A stretch of 64,000 nucleotides of DNA from the IMG/VR virus record IMGVR_UViG_3300027867_000005, positions 506-64,505 of that record; one strand, given 5' to 3'. Source of the stretch: a virus (Duplodnaviria > Caudoviricetes). Shown one piece after another: positions 9,801 through 18,407 of this stretch (position 1 is its first letter; each line of letters begins with the position of its first letter). A program made the position numbers and the translations under genes. The notes beneath the pieces were generated by a model that had not been told where the DNA came from, searched no databases, and saw only the letters and a program-made list of their open reading frames with translations.

Positions 9801-11877
9801 CCAGGGGCTGTATTCGCAAGCGACCGCTGAAGCCGGCCGATCGTTGCGCGCGCTTCGACGGAGCCAAGAATTCTGGACGGCCGCGACCACGCAGCAGAGC
9901 GGAATGCTGCGCCAGTCGCTTCAGGATGCCACAGGGCGCACCCCCGAGCAGATGCTGCAGCTTTTCCAGAAGCTCACGGCATTCGACCAGGCGGGGCCGG
10001 CGAACAAATTCCTGCGCGATGCGATGAAGCCGGGACTGTTCGATTGGATACAAGCCGCTTGGACGAATGGGATCCTGTCAAATCCGTTCACCCATGCGAC
10101 CTATTGGGCTGCCGGCCAGGTCTTTGCGCTTTACCGGCAGTTCTGGGCGACGCCGTTTCAGTCCGCAGTCGGTGCGGCGCGGTATGCTTTCGACATGCTG
10201 CGCGGTCGCCCGACGACGGCGCCCTACGCCTCAATCCGGATGGTCGCCCCGGAAGTCCACGGCTATCTCTTCGGTTCGATCGACGGGATGCGGGCGGCCT
10301 ATACGGCGATCAAGGAAAACCAGCAGATCATCCCGGCCGAAGTGACGGCTCTGCGCAAAGAAGCCGGCCAGATGGCGCAGCAAGGTGCCGGCATCATCCC
10401 CAATCCGACAATCGCGGGCCGCGAGATACCGATCGGGAAAACCCTTGAGATGCCGATGCGGATGGTATCGGCGCTGCACTCGTTCAATTGGACGGCATTT
10501 TACCGCCAAGGGCTTGGGCGCCTCGCGTTCCAGACGGCCCAGAACGAAGGGCTGATCCCCGGCACGCAGGACTTCGCCAAGCGGCTCGCCGATCTGACGC
10601 AAAACCCGACAAAGGGGATCATCGAAGAAGCCAGCAAATACGCCGATGCCGGTGCGCTCGTGACCCGCGCGCCTTACGACTCGGTGATCGGCGCGGCATC
10701 ACGGCTGCTCCATCGGGGGCGATATTTTGAGCCGCTGAAAGTCCCCGGCACCAAACTCGAAATCCCGCTCGGGACATTCCGGCCTGGCATGTATGTCGAT
10801 CCGTTCGTGCAAATCCAGGGCAACATCCTGCGCACCGCCTACATGAACGGGACGCCGCTCGAAGCCTTCACGGGAGCGGCGCGCGACGATTTGATGATGC
10901 GCAACGGTGGCTTGGCGTTCGATCTGCGGGCCGGACGGATTTTGGCCGGGACCACGCTCATGCTCGGAGCGGGTGGCCTCTATTATCTCGGGCACCTCAA
11001 TGACTCCGGGCCGAGCGATCCCGTCAAGGCATACTGGTGGCGCCGAACCCATGGCATGCCGCATGGTCTCAACATCGGGCATCTGTCGTTTGACGTGCTG
11101 CGGCTCGGAACCATCGGCATGCAGATCAGCGTTGCCGCCGACTTGGCCAAGATAGCGGGTGATGTTGGCCATGGCGAATTCAGCCAAGCAGCGGCCGATC
11201 TGGTGCATGCGGTCAGCCAGAACATTATCGACGAAAGCGCCTTTTCCGGGCCGCAGCGGATGCTTGAGGCAATCAACAACAATGATCGCTACGGCGCGGC
11301 GTGGATCAGACAGTTCGCATCGAGCCTGATCCCCTATTCGGGGCTTGCGCGCGGCACGACGCACATGATCGATCCCTATACCCGCCGCGTCAGAAGTACC
11401 GTTGACGCCATGAAGGCGATCATCCCCGGTGAGTCCGAAACCCTCTATCCGCGCTATGATTTCTGGGGGCAGCCCGAACCAAACCGGGGCTGGCTCCTTA
11501 GCAATTATGAGCATTTGCGAAACGATCCCGTCGATTTGAAACTTCAGTCCCTCGGGATCACGCCGCGCATGCCGCAGCAATGGATAAGAGGCGTCGCGTT
11601 GACCGAGCAGCAATATGCGGATTATTCGCGGGAAGCGGGACGGCTGGCGCGTCAGCAGGTCGAAAACACCTTGAAGGAACCGGGATTTGACGACAGACCG
11701 CCCGGCGTCCAGATCGACATGATCGACAAGGCCGTTGCGCGCGGCCACCGGGTCGCCGCAAACAGGATCATTCAGCAGAGCCGTTTGTCCGGAGACAATT
11801 CGATACTCGACATCGCCGCGGAAAGAAAGCGCGCACACCGGGAAACCGGCGCACCGATCAGAGAGCCGGCGCGTTAA
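6877..11877 (+). CDS. Large DNA-ejection / polyvalent internal virion protein
   Basis: 1666 aa; ADASTAIHELGH...HEKFARGVERY zincin-like motif seen in large ejection proteins; synteny. Confidence 0.75.
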   Translation: MAGTNPSTDPGVSAGATAAGMAPPLPVTPSPQAPAASIDELLARRAPAPENAAAPADIDEFMSRYAPQPPNSYVLAEGGGVMQGDQWDSLFTGDTPGARILDAMGAGAKHAWGALPIDWDEKTIDYLKKSGVFQDALATIMGPAQSVSRALGSTTGSSFIKGYNEAMLRPLAWAMGTAEVAYRDIAAAQEGAAAGVYQTGQELQNVPVIGALAPGELAREIAGSIQTGGPFAGAPGMLRMHVPEPPTPFSAASEANREAVSALNPERLRPGNLAVEPAPRGEVTIESIEARALGKPFRPASIPEARSLAAIGESDGGYFDLTTPTPEVQAERDAAIAAIPSEPPTVPAITPDIQSAARAANPDLFAEFDATGLRADALRRQIDDLQAQREQQSSPEIAALDQRLGDLRQMQGQEPATTAAGRQLRRQITAAVNDRQRLVDALPETGDTAEMAAARQQLLAETHRMWDLSPQVREAYRTASEAMPAAEATPPEVAPEPQPAPEATTPATPAAGTAPGAPAPPAAPPLSMPIAQDVARQLMAAGRPAEEADAVGAIQAARYAARSANLEGTTPEQLYAEEAPTIEAGPGAKRGAITISDARSTIRLLGRADASTAIHELGHSWFEELTRDAADDRATPAVKADADTVQKWLGVDEGASPSRAQHEKFARGVERYMMEGRAPTQALAGVFAKFKTWLTNIYQTVGRLRSPISDDIRRVFDRMLTAPERTLITPEAEAADFAARHEAIAERTPANEAAAAADHITDEANDIAAERSPEIHAELTSTGEPGPGGGAGGEPGAGQQPDRDAVAAGAVGGEPAAPGPARAVGAGGGEVAPAGARSTTATTTAERPATDIPRTDTRLVDKAGNIRLDNINSPEEWKEALRQAAERNADFTERRRGVVTDAQRNALANVLGTTPDRVFTKEIGESFTDSEIKLLEKTLAESTAHVTELGAKAIETGSDADIATATAALLRHDMIQGLYSQATAEAGRSLRALRRSQEFWTAATTQQSGMLRQSLQDATGRTPEQMLQLFQKLTAFDQAGPANKFLRDAMKPGLFDWIQAAWTNGILSNPFTHATYWAAGQVFALYRQFWATPFQSAVGAARYAFDMLRGRPTTAPYASIRMVAPEVHGYLFGSIDGMRAAYTAIKENQQIIPAEVTALRKEAGQMAQQGAGIIPNPTIAGREIPIGKTLEMPMRMVSALHSFNWTAFYRQGLGRLAFQTAQNEGLIPGTQDFAKRLADLTQNPTKGIIEEASKYADAGALVTRAPYDSVIGAASRLLHRGRYFEPLKVPGTKLEIPLGTFRPGMYVDPFVQIQGNILRTAYMNGTPLEAFTGAARDDLMMRNGGLAFDLRAGRILAGTTLMLGAGGLYYLGHLNDSGPSDPVKAYWWRRTHGMPHGLNIGHLSFDVLRLGTIGMQISVAADLAKIAGDVGHGEFSQAAADLVHAVSQNIIDESAFSGPQRMLEAINNNDRYGAAWIRQFASSLIPYSGLARGTTHMIDPYTRRVRSTVDAMKAIIPGESETLYPRYDFWGQPEPNRGWLLSNYEHLRNDPVDLKLQSLGITPRMPQQWIRGVALTEQQYADYSREAGRLARQQVENTLKEPGFDDRPPGVQIDMIDKAVARGHRVAANRIIQQSRLSGDNSILDIAAERKRAHRETGAPIREPAR

Positions 11878-12029
11878 CTCATTATTGTATCGTTGGCTTT
11901 CGCTTAATAAGAAAAACACAAGATCATCTCAACCGGGGAGCGGGCTTATGCTGGGCGGTAAACCATCCTATAGGCTGAGCCATGCGACGCTCGGTGCGCA
12001 TCCTTTTACATCCGCGCGGAGATAGGATT

Positions 12030-12335
12030 GTGGGTTATTTCAGCAGGCGCCAAGATGTTGCCGCGCTCGTCAAGGATGCCGTGGCAAATGCGGTCGCCGA
12101 TGCTACCAATGCCGTCACATTGGCCGGGCATATGGCCCAATGCGAGAAGGACAAGGCAGAGCTGAAGGCCGAGCAGTTGCGGATGCACAACGAGAACAAC
12201 ATCAAGTTCAAGCTGATCGAGGATCAGAACGCCAAAATTATGCGGATCGTGTATATTGCAACCGGAGTGCTCGCCACCCTGCATCTCGTCGTGTCGGAAA
12301 AGGGAGCGGCGTTCCTCTCGCATTTCGGGCTTTGA
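12030..12335 (+). CDS. Small coiled-coil protein with C-terminal TM helix (lysis-module membrane protein)
   Basis: GTG start after GGAG/AGGA; hydrophobic stretch IVYIATGVLATLHLVV; directly upstream of the endolysin. Confidence 0.55.
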   Translation: MGYFSRRQDVAALVKDAVANAVADATNAVTLAGHMAQCEKDKAELKAEQLRMHNENNIKFKLIEDQNAKIMRIVYIATGVLATLHLVVSEKGAAFLSHFGL

Positions 12336-12346
12336 TCGGAGACCAC

Positions 12347-13129
12347 ATGGCAGGGCTACTCGCATTTGACGCCGATCAGCACATCGGAGCCATCGCGCCG
12401 CTGGCGATCAGCAAGGGCGTTCGCATCTTCCTCCCATACTACAAGCTGTTCAGCCCGGCCGATCGGGATGCGATCTTCGCAGCCGGCGCGGCAGCCGGCG
12501 TCGAGGTTGGTATCATTCCGATTTTCGAGACAACCGCTGAGCGCGCGCTTGGTGGCGCATCGGCTGGATCGAACGATGCCGACGCTATCGCGGCCTACAT
12601 GAATTCGGTCCGGCAACCTCTCGATACAGCTTTCGTGCTGACCTTCGATTTTGACGAACAGACCGCACAAGATTTGGCCTGCCGTGCTTATGCAGCCGCG
12701 GTGCATGCCGGCGTCGACACACAGCCCATGATCGCCTATGGCAACGGCGCGCTCACTGAGGAACTAAAGGCTGCCGGCATCGCCAAGTTTTCGTGGGTAG
12801 CGGGCGGCATGGGCATGCGCGGCACCCGCGCCGACATCGCGGGCGGCAACGAAGATATGCAACAGGATGTCGGCGACGTACGCGGGCTGCATCTCGGGAT
12901 CGAGATCGACAGCGACTTTGCTCCGCATGCGACATCGCCGCGCGATCTGTGCGCATGGATGGCAACGCCACCTCCTGAGCAGTGGCAGCAGCCTACGCAA
13001 CAGACGGGCGTGGATAAAACGGCGCTCCTGAAAACATGGCAAGCCACTCTCGGCGTCACTGCGGACGGCATTTGGGGGCCGAATACCGCCGCCGCCTTTG
13101 CCGCCTATTTTGGAGACGACAATGGCTGA
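12347..13129 (+). CDS. Endolysin: DUF1906/GH25-like TIM barrel plus peptidoglycan-binding domain
   Basis: FDADQ, IIPIFET, TFDFD, IDSD motifs; C-terminal WQATLGVTADGIWGPNT PG-binding signature; GGAG RBS. Confidence 0.75.
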   Translation: MAGLLAFDADQHIGAIAPLAISKGVRIFLPYYKLFSPADRDAIFAAGAAAGVEVGIIPIFETTAERALGGASAGSNDADAIAAYMNSVRQPLDTAFVLTFDFDEQTAQDLACRAYAAAVHAGVDTQPMIAYGNGALTEELKAAGIAKFSWVAGGMGMRGTRADIAGGNEDMQQDVGDVRGLHLGIEIDSDFAPHATSPRDLCAWMATPPPEQWQQPTQQTGVDKTALLKTWQATLGVTADGIWGPNTAAAFAAYFGDDNG

Positions 13130-13478
13130 TCAACCTTCAGCATCGCTGACCACGACTGCCATCGGTGGCTTGACGATCGCCACGGTACTGCCGTTCGTCG
13201 ATTGGGCGTGGACCGGCTTCCACGGCGCTCCGCCGGACTCGCTCAAAGGTCTTGTTGCCGGCGGCATTCTCTTTCTCGGGCATGCCGTTCAGAAGGGCAT
13301 TGTCGCGTGGCTCGGCACTCGCAAGACCCCGGCTGCGGAAGCCTTGTTGCAGGCCATTGAGACGGTGCCGGCGCCCGCGCCAGTGCCTACGGTATCCCCG
13401 CTTCCTACGCCTCCCGCCATCGTCGTTAATCCTGCTGGCGTTATTGCCACTCTGCAAATGCAAGGACAAAACTCATGA
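13122..13478 (+). CDS. Holin-like membrane protein
   Basis: Two hydrophobic segments; overlaps the endolysin stop. Confidence 0.5.
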   Translation: MADQPSASLTTTAIGGLTIATVLPFVDWAWTGFHGAPPDSLKGLVAGGILFLGHAVQKGIVAWLGTRKTPAAEALLQAIETVPAPAPVPTVSPLPTPPAIVVNPAGVIATLQMQGQNS

Positions 13479-13966
13479 TCCGCAAACTTCTCGCTGCCTC
13501 GGTCGCCGGCTTCGTTCTTCTCTCTGGCTGTTCGTCGGGCACCACCACGCAGCCGGTCACGGTCTCGACGATCACCACGCAGGCCGCACAGGATGTGCAG
13601 ACCCTCGCCATCGGCTTGCCGGCGATCGTCAGCGCGCTCCAGACGGCCGGCGTCTCGTCGACCGCCTTGGCGCAAGTTCAGACCGATCTGTCGAAGGTCC
13701 AAGCCGCAGCCACAGCGCTGGCCGGGATGCCCGCAATCCCATCGAATGCAACCGCGCTCCAGACATTCGAGGTGGCGCTGAACGATGCGCTCTCGGTCGC
13801 CAATGCCGTACTGCCGGGCAACCAGTACGTCGTCGCCGCGTCGCTGCTTGCGCCGCTGGTTGAGGGCGGCATCAATCTCGTCGCGTCGCAGCTCCCGGCG
13901 GCGCCCGCGCCAGCGATGACGCCAGATCAGGCGCGCGCGATCCTGCGCTCTGTGGCTGCGCGGTAG
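13475..13966 (+). CDS. Lipoprotein (possible spanin or lysis accessory)
   Basis: MIRK + hydrophobic core + LSGC lipobox. Confidence 0.65.
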   Translation: MIRKLLAASVAGFVLLSGCSSGTTTQPVTVSTITTQAAQDVQTLAIGLPAIVSALQTAGVSSTALAQVQTDLSKVQAAATALAGMPAIPSNATALQTFEVALNDALSVANAVLPGNQYVVAASLLAPLVEGGINLVASQLPAAPAPAMTPDQARAILRSVAAR

Positions 13967-13968
13967 CC

Positions 13969-14124
13969 GTGCGCTGGCTTTTGATGGCGATGGCATTAGC
14001 TGTCGCCGCTTGCGCCATCGCTCCATCAGTGGCACCCGTTCCGGCACGGCCTGGGCCGAATTACCAGGAGCCGGGGTTTACCGCCTACTGCAACGCGCAT
14101 CCGCATATTGGGACGTGCCCATGA
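13969..14124 (+). CDS. 51-aa lipoprotein resembling the BTLCP N-terminus (not in the ORF track)
   Basis: Hand translation MRWLLMAMALAVAAC-AIAPSVAPVPARPGPNYQEPGFTAYCNAHPHIGTCP; VAAC lipobox; ATGA overlap with the next gene. Confidence 0.65.
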   Translation: MRWLLMAMALAVAACAIAPSVAPVPARPGPNYQEPGFTAYCNAHPHIGTCP

Positions 14125-14993
14125 AAACACTCTGCATCTACCACGGCAATTGCCAGGACGGGTTTGGTGCGGCCTGGGCGGTGCGCCACGCGCTGGGCGA
14201 GGAGAATGTCGAGTTCTTTCCGGGCGTCTACCAGGAAGCGCCGCCAAACGTCGCCTTCCGGGACGTTATCCTGGTCGACTTCTCTTATAAGCGTCCGGTC
14301 CTTGAACAGATCATCGCCGGCTGCAACACGCTCTTGGTACTCGACCATCACAAGAGCGCCGCGGAAGACCTGGAGTTCATGCCCTTCGTCACATGGCCGT
14401 ATGAAGAACATCGGCACCACGGGATCGGCGATCCGAAGTTCGGTGCCATCTTCGACATGAACCGCTCCGGGGCTGGCGTGGCCTGGGACTATTTCCATCC
14501 GGGCCGGACGCGCCCGCGGCTCATTGACCACATCGAGGACCGCGATCTGTGGCGTTTCCAGTTGCCCTACACGCGGCTGATCTCCGCGGCGCTGTTCTCG
14601 CATCCTTATGATTTCGAGTTGTGGGCCGATTACATGGCGAAGGACGATCTGTCGTCGCTGATCGTCGAAGGTGCCGCGATCGAGCGCAAGCACAAGCAGG
14701 ACATCGCCAACCTCCTGCCCGTCGTGCAGCGCGAGATGGTGATCGGCGGCTTGCGCATGCCGGTCGCCAACCTGCCGCTGACGATGACGAGCGATGCTGG
14801 TCATAAGATGGCCATCGGTGCTGGTGGGATCGCGGCCTGCTATTGGGACACACCGGAAGGCCGCGTGTTTTCGCTGCGCTCGACGGATGACGGGCCGGAT
14901 TGCCAGGCGATCGCGGTCGGTTACGGCGGCGGCGGCCACGCGCACGCGGCCGGCTTCCGCATGCCGCTCGGCTGGGAAGGCGAATGCCCATGA
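14121..14993 (+). CDS. DHH/DHHA1 phosphoesterase (NrnB-like)
   Basis: YHGNCQDG, VDFS, LDHHKSA, EDRDLW, GGGGHAHAAGF motifs. Confidence 0.92.
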   Translation: MKTLCIYHGNCQDGFGAAWAVRHALGEENVEFFPGVYQEAPPNVAFRDVILVDFSYKRPVLEQIIAGCNTLLVLDHHKSAAEDLEFMPFVTWPYEEHRHHGIGDPKFGAIFDMNRSGAGVAWDYFHPGRTRPRLIDHIEDRDLWRFQLPYTRLISAALFSHPYDFELWADYMAKDDLSSLIVEGAAIERKHKQDIANLLPVVQREMVIGGLRMPVANLPLTMTSDAGHKMAIGAGGIAACYWDTPEGRVFSLRSTDDGPDCQAIAVGYGGGGHAHAAGFRMPLGWEGECP

Positions 14994-15424
14994 CCGCGAC
15001 GCCCAAACAACTCGCCCAGCTTCGCGCGGTGAATGACCAGATCAACGCCATTCCCTACCAAGGGCTCGGCGCGGATCAGACGCAAGATGTCTGGATCGAC
15101 GCGCCATCTCCTGGGATGCTTTGGGAATGCCGGGACTATACGATCGCCAAGGCGAAGGCGCTGCGAGAGCAGGGATGGCCGCCAGCGGACATGGGCGTCG
15201 TGCTGTGCTGGACCGAACCGGAACCGCCAGGCGCCGGACAGCCGCCTATTCGCCAGTACCATGCGGTGCTGGGCTGCAATGCCGGCGGCGAGGTCTGGAT
15301 ACTCGATAGCCGCACAGCGGACATCTACCGCTGGGATCAGTGCCCCTACGATTATCTCTGGGCGCACCAGCAGATTGCCGGGTCGACCGAATTTCGCGAT
15401 GCGCGCGGCGGGCTGATCACATGA
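14990..15424 (+). CDS. Transglutaminase-like cysteine protease (BTLCP/C93) catalytic part
   Basis: ECRDYTIAK...HAVL...ILDSR gives a Cys-His-Asp triad. Confidence 0.8.
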   Translation: MTATPKQLAQLRAVNDQINAIPYQGLGADQTQDVWIDAPSPGMLWECRDYTIAKAKALREQGWPPADMGVVLCWTEPEPPGAGQPPIRQYHAVLGCNAGGEVWILDSRTADIYRWDQCPYDYLWAHQQIAGSTEFRDARGGLIT

Positions 15425-15882
15425 CAACCATCACCCCTGCTAATTTCGCCACGGTCGATGCCGTTCTGTGGCGCGGTGCCCGGCCAGATGCCGCGCAGGC
15501 GGGATGGCTGTTCGCAAACGGCGTGCGCGGCGTCATCAATCTTGAACTGTTCGAGGAAGACCGCGCGGCCTGGGACGGACTAGCAGTCGATTATCGCCAT
15601 CTTCCCGATTGGGAACCGCTCGCTCTCGGTCCTTCCGGGATCGAGGATCGGCACATCAAAGCAGTGCTCGCCGCCATCCGCGAGATGCCGAAGCCGATTT
15701 ATATCCATTGTCGCGACGGGCAGAACCGCACTGGCATCGCGGTCGCGACGTACTGCCTCGTCGAGAAGGGAGAACCGCTCGACGCAGTTCTCGCCGACAT
15801 GAAGAGCTACCGGGGAGCTTGGGCGGCTGGGGACGCCAGCTACTTGAGATCGCTGGCTGGGCGCGTGGCCGAGTTCCGTTAA
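15421..15882 (+). CDS. Protein tyrosine / dual-specificity phosphatase
   Basis: LWRGARP, VINL, and HCRDGQNRTG (CX5R) active site. Confidence 0.9.
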   Translation: MTTITPANFATVDAVLWRGARPDAAQAGWLFANGVRGVINLELFEEDRAAWDGLAVDYRHLPDWEPLALGPSGIEDRHIKAVLAAIREMPKPIYIHCRDGQNRTGIAVATYCLVEKGEPLDAVLADMKSYRGAWAAGDASYLRSLAGRVAEFR

Positions 15883-15886
15883 TGGT

Positions 15887-16075
15887 TTAGTAAACGCTCG
15901 CATACTTTACAAAGCCACATGCGCATACGACAGCACCAACACCAAGAACGGTAAAGATGCCGACATAGACCAGATCCCTATTCGGCCGTCTGGAAGCGAG
16001 GATCGCTTGTAAGAAGCAAAAATGCCCGGTGAGGAAGGCGAAGAACGCGAGAGCCACGAAGACGGATTGGCGCAT
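15887..16075 (-). CDS. Small two-TM membrane protein
   Basis: 62 aa with two hydrophobic segments, directly downstream of recT. Confidence 0.45.
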   Translation of the reverse strand: MRQSVFVALAFFAFLTGHFCFLQAILASRRPNRDLVYVGIFTVLGVGAVVCACGFVKYASVY

Positions 16076-16095
16076 GATCGTTTTTATCCCGAAAT

Positions 16096-17640
16096 TTACG
16101 CAGGTATCCGCGCCCACTGCGCTTCTATTGCCGCCTTCAGCTCGGCCGCGCACCCAAGCGCATTGCGGCACGTCCCCAGGTTCGCCTCGTTGTCACCGAG
16201 CAGATGTGCCATGTCCTCTGTTGTCGTGGCGCTGCGCATCCGCGGCAAAAACTGCGCATCCTTCCACGCCGCCCAATCCTGCCGCCCGTTCTTGCTCCGC
16301 GGCTCGATCAGAAGCGACGGGCGATCGAACCATGCGCTGCGCTCGGGAAGCGGCTCCTGCGTGTTGTCGATAGCAAGCGTGGGCTGCGCAGGAGCGGCTT
16401 CAGAGCGGTTTGGTGCATCCTGTGCCGCAGGCTGGCCACTCGCATTGCCAGCCGCCCCAGGGCTCGCCGTTGAGGCGCTCCCTGACGAATATGGGGGCGT
16501 GACCGGCTGAGCAGCGCCAGCCGTCGTAGTAGGGCGTGCCGCAGCCGCCTCTATGCGCTTCACAGCCGCATTGGCCGCGCCCATGATCGCGTTCCACGCA
16601 TCGACATTTCCCGCATCGCGAAGGAACGCGAACATCTCGCCGTTGCTCTCCATCAGCCCGTCGAGAGCCTTGATGCCGCGCTTCTCCGCATCCCCGATGA
16701 GCTCGAGCATTTTCGCCTGGACTTCCGCGACGGCACCGAATTCGTGCTCGACGCCATCCAAATCGATGAGCGCAAAGACCTGCTCCAGCGCAGCGGATGA
16801 CTCGGTCACTGCGGTTTCGTCATTGGTGAATTCGGAACGCTGAGGGCGCGCAGGCGGCGGCATCACGGCGCTGCCGTCCGGCATTTCGATTTCCTCCCCG
16901 CGATCCAGCATCGTCGATAGCCGCTGCATCGCTGCGGATTGCGGTGCCGATTTAGCGCAGCGCCGCAAGGCCGTCTTGCGTGCCGCCTCGCCGTAATGAT
17001 CGCGCCACATCGGGCCATCCTTGGCCTTGCTCTGCGCCCGCGCCCGCTCAATGTCGGACTTGCGCAGGACATCCCGCAGCACTTCGCCATTGTTCAATTT
17101 GATGATGGCATAGGAACCGATGATGTCTCCGGGATCGACATCCAGCGCCGCCGGCTCGTGCTCGATGAAGGCATTATCGCCGAGGGCGTAGCGAAACCTG
17201 TCATGCCGGTAGACGACGTGCGCGTCAGCGCTGGCGACCTCGCCGCTGTTACGCATTCGCTTGCGGATGCCATAGACCATCGGCATTAGCTGCACTGCGT
17301 CGACCCAGCGCTCGATCGTCCCACCGTTGCCGTTGGGCACTTTCACTTTCGTCTTGTAGATGACCAGCGCGGCCTCGCGACCGTCCGGAACCAAACCGTC
17401 GCTCGCGCATTTGATGCAAGACATCAGCAGCGTGCGCCGATCGGCCGAGACCAGATCGGGGTTCATGTTGATCGCGGTCATCACGACGCTGCGGAAATGC
17501 TCAGGCGACACATCCGGCGGCAGCGAATTGATGATATCAGGCATATACACGTCGACGGCGCGCTCAACCGGCATCCTCGAAAGCTGATCGAAATTCGGCT
17601 TGTCGGTCGTGGTGACCGCATTGCGCTGGTCAGACATCAC
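16096..17640 (-). CDS. recT: RecT-family single-strand annealing protein with long C-terminal extension
   Basis: GLVPDGREAALV, QLMPMVYG, EAARKTALRRCAK motifs. Confidence 0.9.
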   Translation of the reverse strand: MMSDQRNAVTTTDKPNFDQLSRMPVERAVDVYMPDIINSLPPDVSPEHFRSVVMTAINMNPDLVSADRRTLLMSCIKCASDGLVPDGREAALVIYKTKVKVPNGNGGTIERWVDAVQLMPMVYGIRKRMRNSGEVASADAHVVYRHDRFRYALGDNAFIEHEPAALDVDPGDIIGSYAIIKLNNGEVLRDVLRKSDIERARAQSKAKDGPMWRDHYGEAARKTALRRCAKSAPQSAAMQRLSTMLDRGEEIEMPDGSAVMPPPARPQRSEFTNDETAVTESSAALEQVFALIDLDGVEHEFGAVAEVQAKMLELIGDAEKRGIKALDGLMESNGEMFAFLRDAGNVDAWNAIMGAANAAVKRIEAAAARPTTTAGAAQPVTPPYSSGSASTASPGAAGNASGQPAAQDAPNRSEAAPAQPTLAIDNTQEPLPERSAWFDRPSLLIEPRSKNGRQDWAAWKDAQFLPRMRSATTTEDMAHLLGDNEANLGTCRNALGCAAELKAAIEAQWARIPA

Positions 17641-17972
17641 GATTTCCCCTGATCTTCGAGGGTGCCACCGCCGACAATATCGGCAAGCGCCGCGATGGCG
17701 CTCGATAGGTCATGCCATTCGATGCCCGTTCGGGGGAGACGGTAGCGAGCGTCGACAACCCGGCGCGCAGCCGTGCGCAGCTTGTCGTGCTCCCCAACCG
17801 TAGGTCGTGTGATCCCGAGCATTGAGCAAATCTGCTCGGGCGTTTCGCTCACCACGAACGGCATCCAGGCGATGTGCAACAGCGTGCCGCCAGCGTCTTC
17901 GCTGAAGGCAAACGGCGTCGGCACATGGATAGCGCGGCCATCGGTGCGGGTGAGCTTGAGGTATGGCGGCAT
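17637..17972 (-). CDS. Hypothetical protein
   Basis: Coupled by overlap to recT; VSETPEQI motif. Confidence 0.55.
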   Translation of the reverse strand: MPPYLKLTRTDGRAIHVPTPFAFSEDAGGTLLHIAWMPFVVSETPEQICSMLGITRPTVGEHDKLRTAARRVVDARYRLPRTGIEWHDLSSAIAALADIVGGGTLEDQGKS

Positions 17973-17990
17973 GGCTACGATCTCTCCCGG

Positions 17991-18407
17991 CTAAAAGAGG
18001 ATTTCATCGTCGTCAATTGGCGCGAACTGCTCGCCTTGATCATTTGATATCAATTTATCCTCCGGCTCCTCCGCCGGATAAGGGTCCGGCACCTCGTATT
18101 CCGCGCTTTCATCTTCAAATTCAATTGGCGCAGGAAGTGCTTCGACCGGAAGAATAGCTCGTATTGCGGCCGGCAGTTCCCAGCTCTCAGTTGCCCCGCG
18201 GGCGAAAGCAACTTCCGCAGAGCATGGCGTGAGTCGATAGATCGCTGCACCACCATGAAAAATAGCGGGCAGGAACTCTCCCTCGAACAAGGGTTCCAGC
18301 GCTAACATCTTGGCGCCGAAGCGCTCGACTTCAGCGATGCGGCCGACAAGAGTGGTGTGCCCGAAAAGCTCGACAATGGCATATTCGCCGGGTGGAAAAT
18401 CGCTCAT
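17991..18407 (-). CDS. Conserved phage hypothetical protein
   Basis: YAIVELFGH...GGAAIYRLTP; acidic tail; ATGA coupling. Confidence 0.65.
   Translation of the reverse strand: MSDFPPGEYAIVELFGHTTLVGRIAEVERFGAKMLALEPLFEGEFLPAIFHGGAAIYRLTPCSAEVAFARGATESWELPAAIRAILPVEALPAPIEFEDESAEYEVPDPYPAEEPEDKLISNDQGEQFAPIDDDEILF

Noticed and set aside
8053-11919. Long antisense ORFs (406 aa) opposite the ejection protein, and similar ones elsewhere
   Set aside because: Expected in high-GC coding DNA and lacking any family motif, unlike the antisense HNH in the intein.
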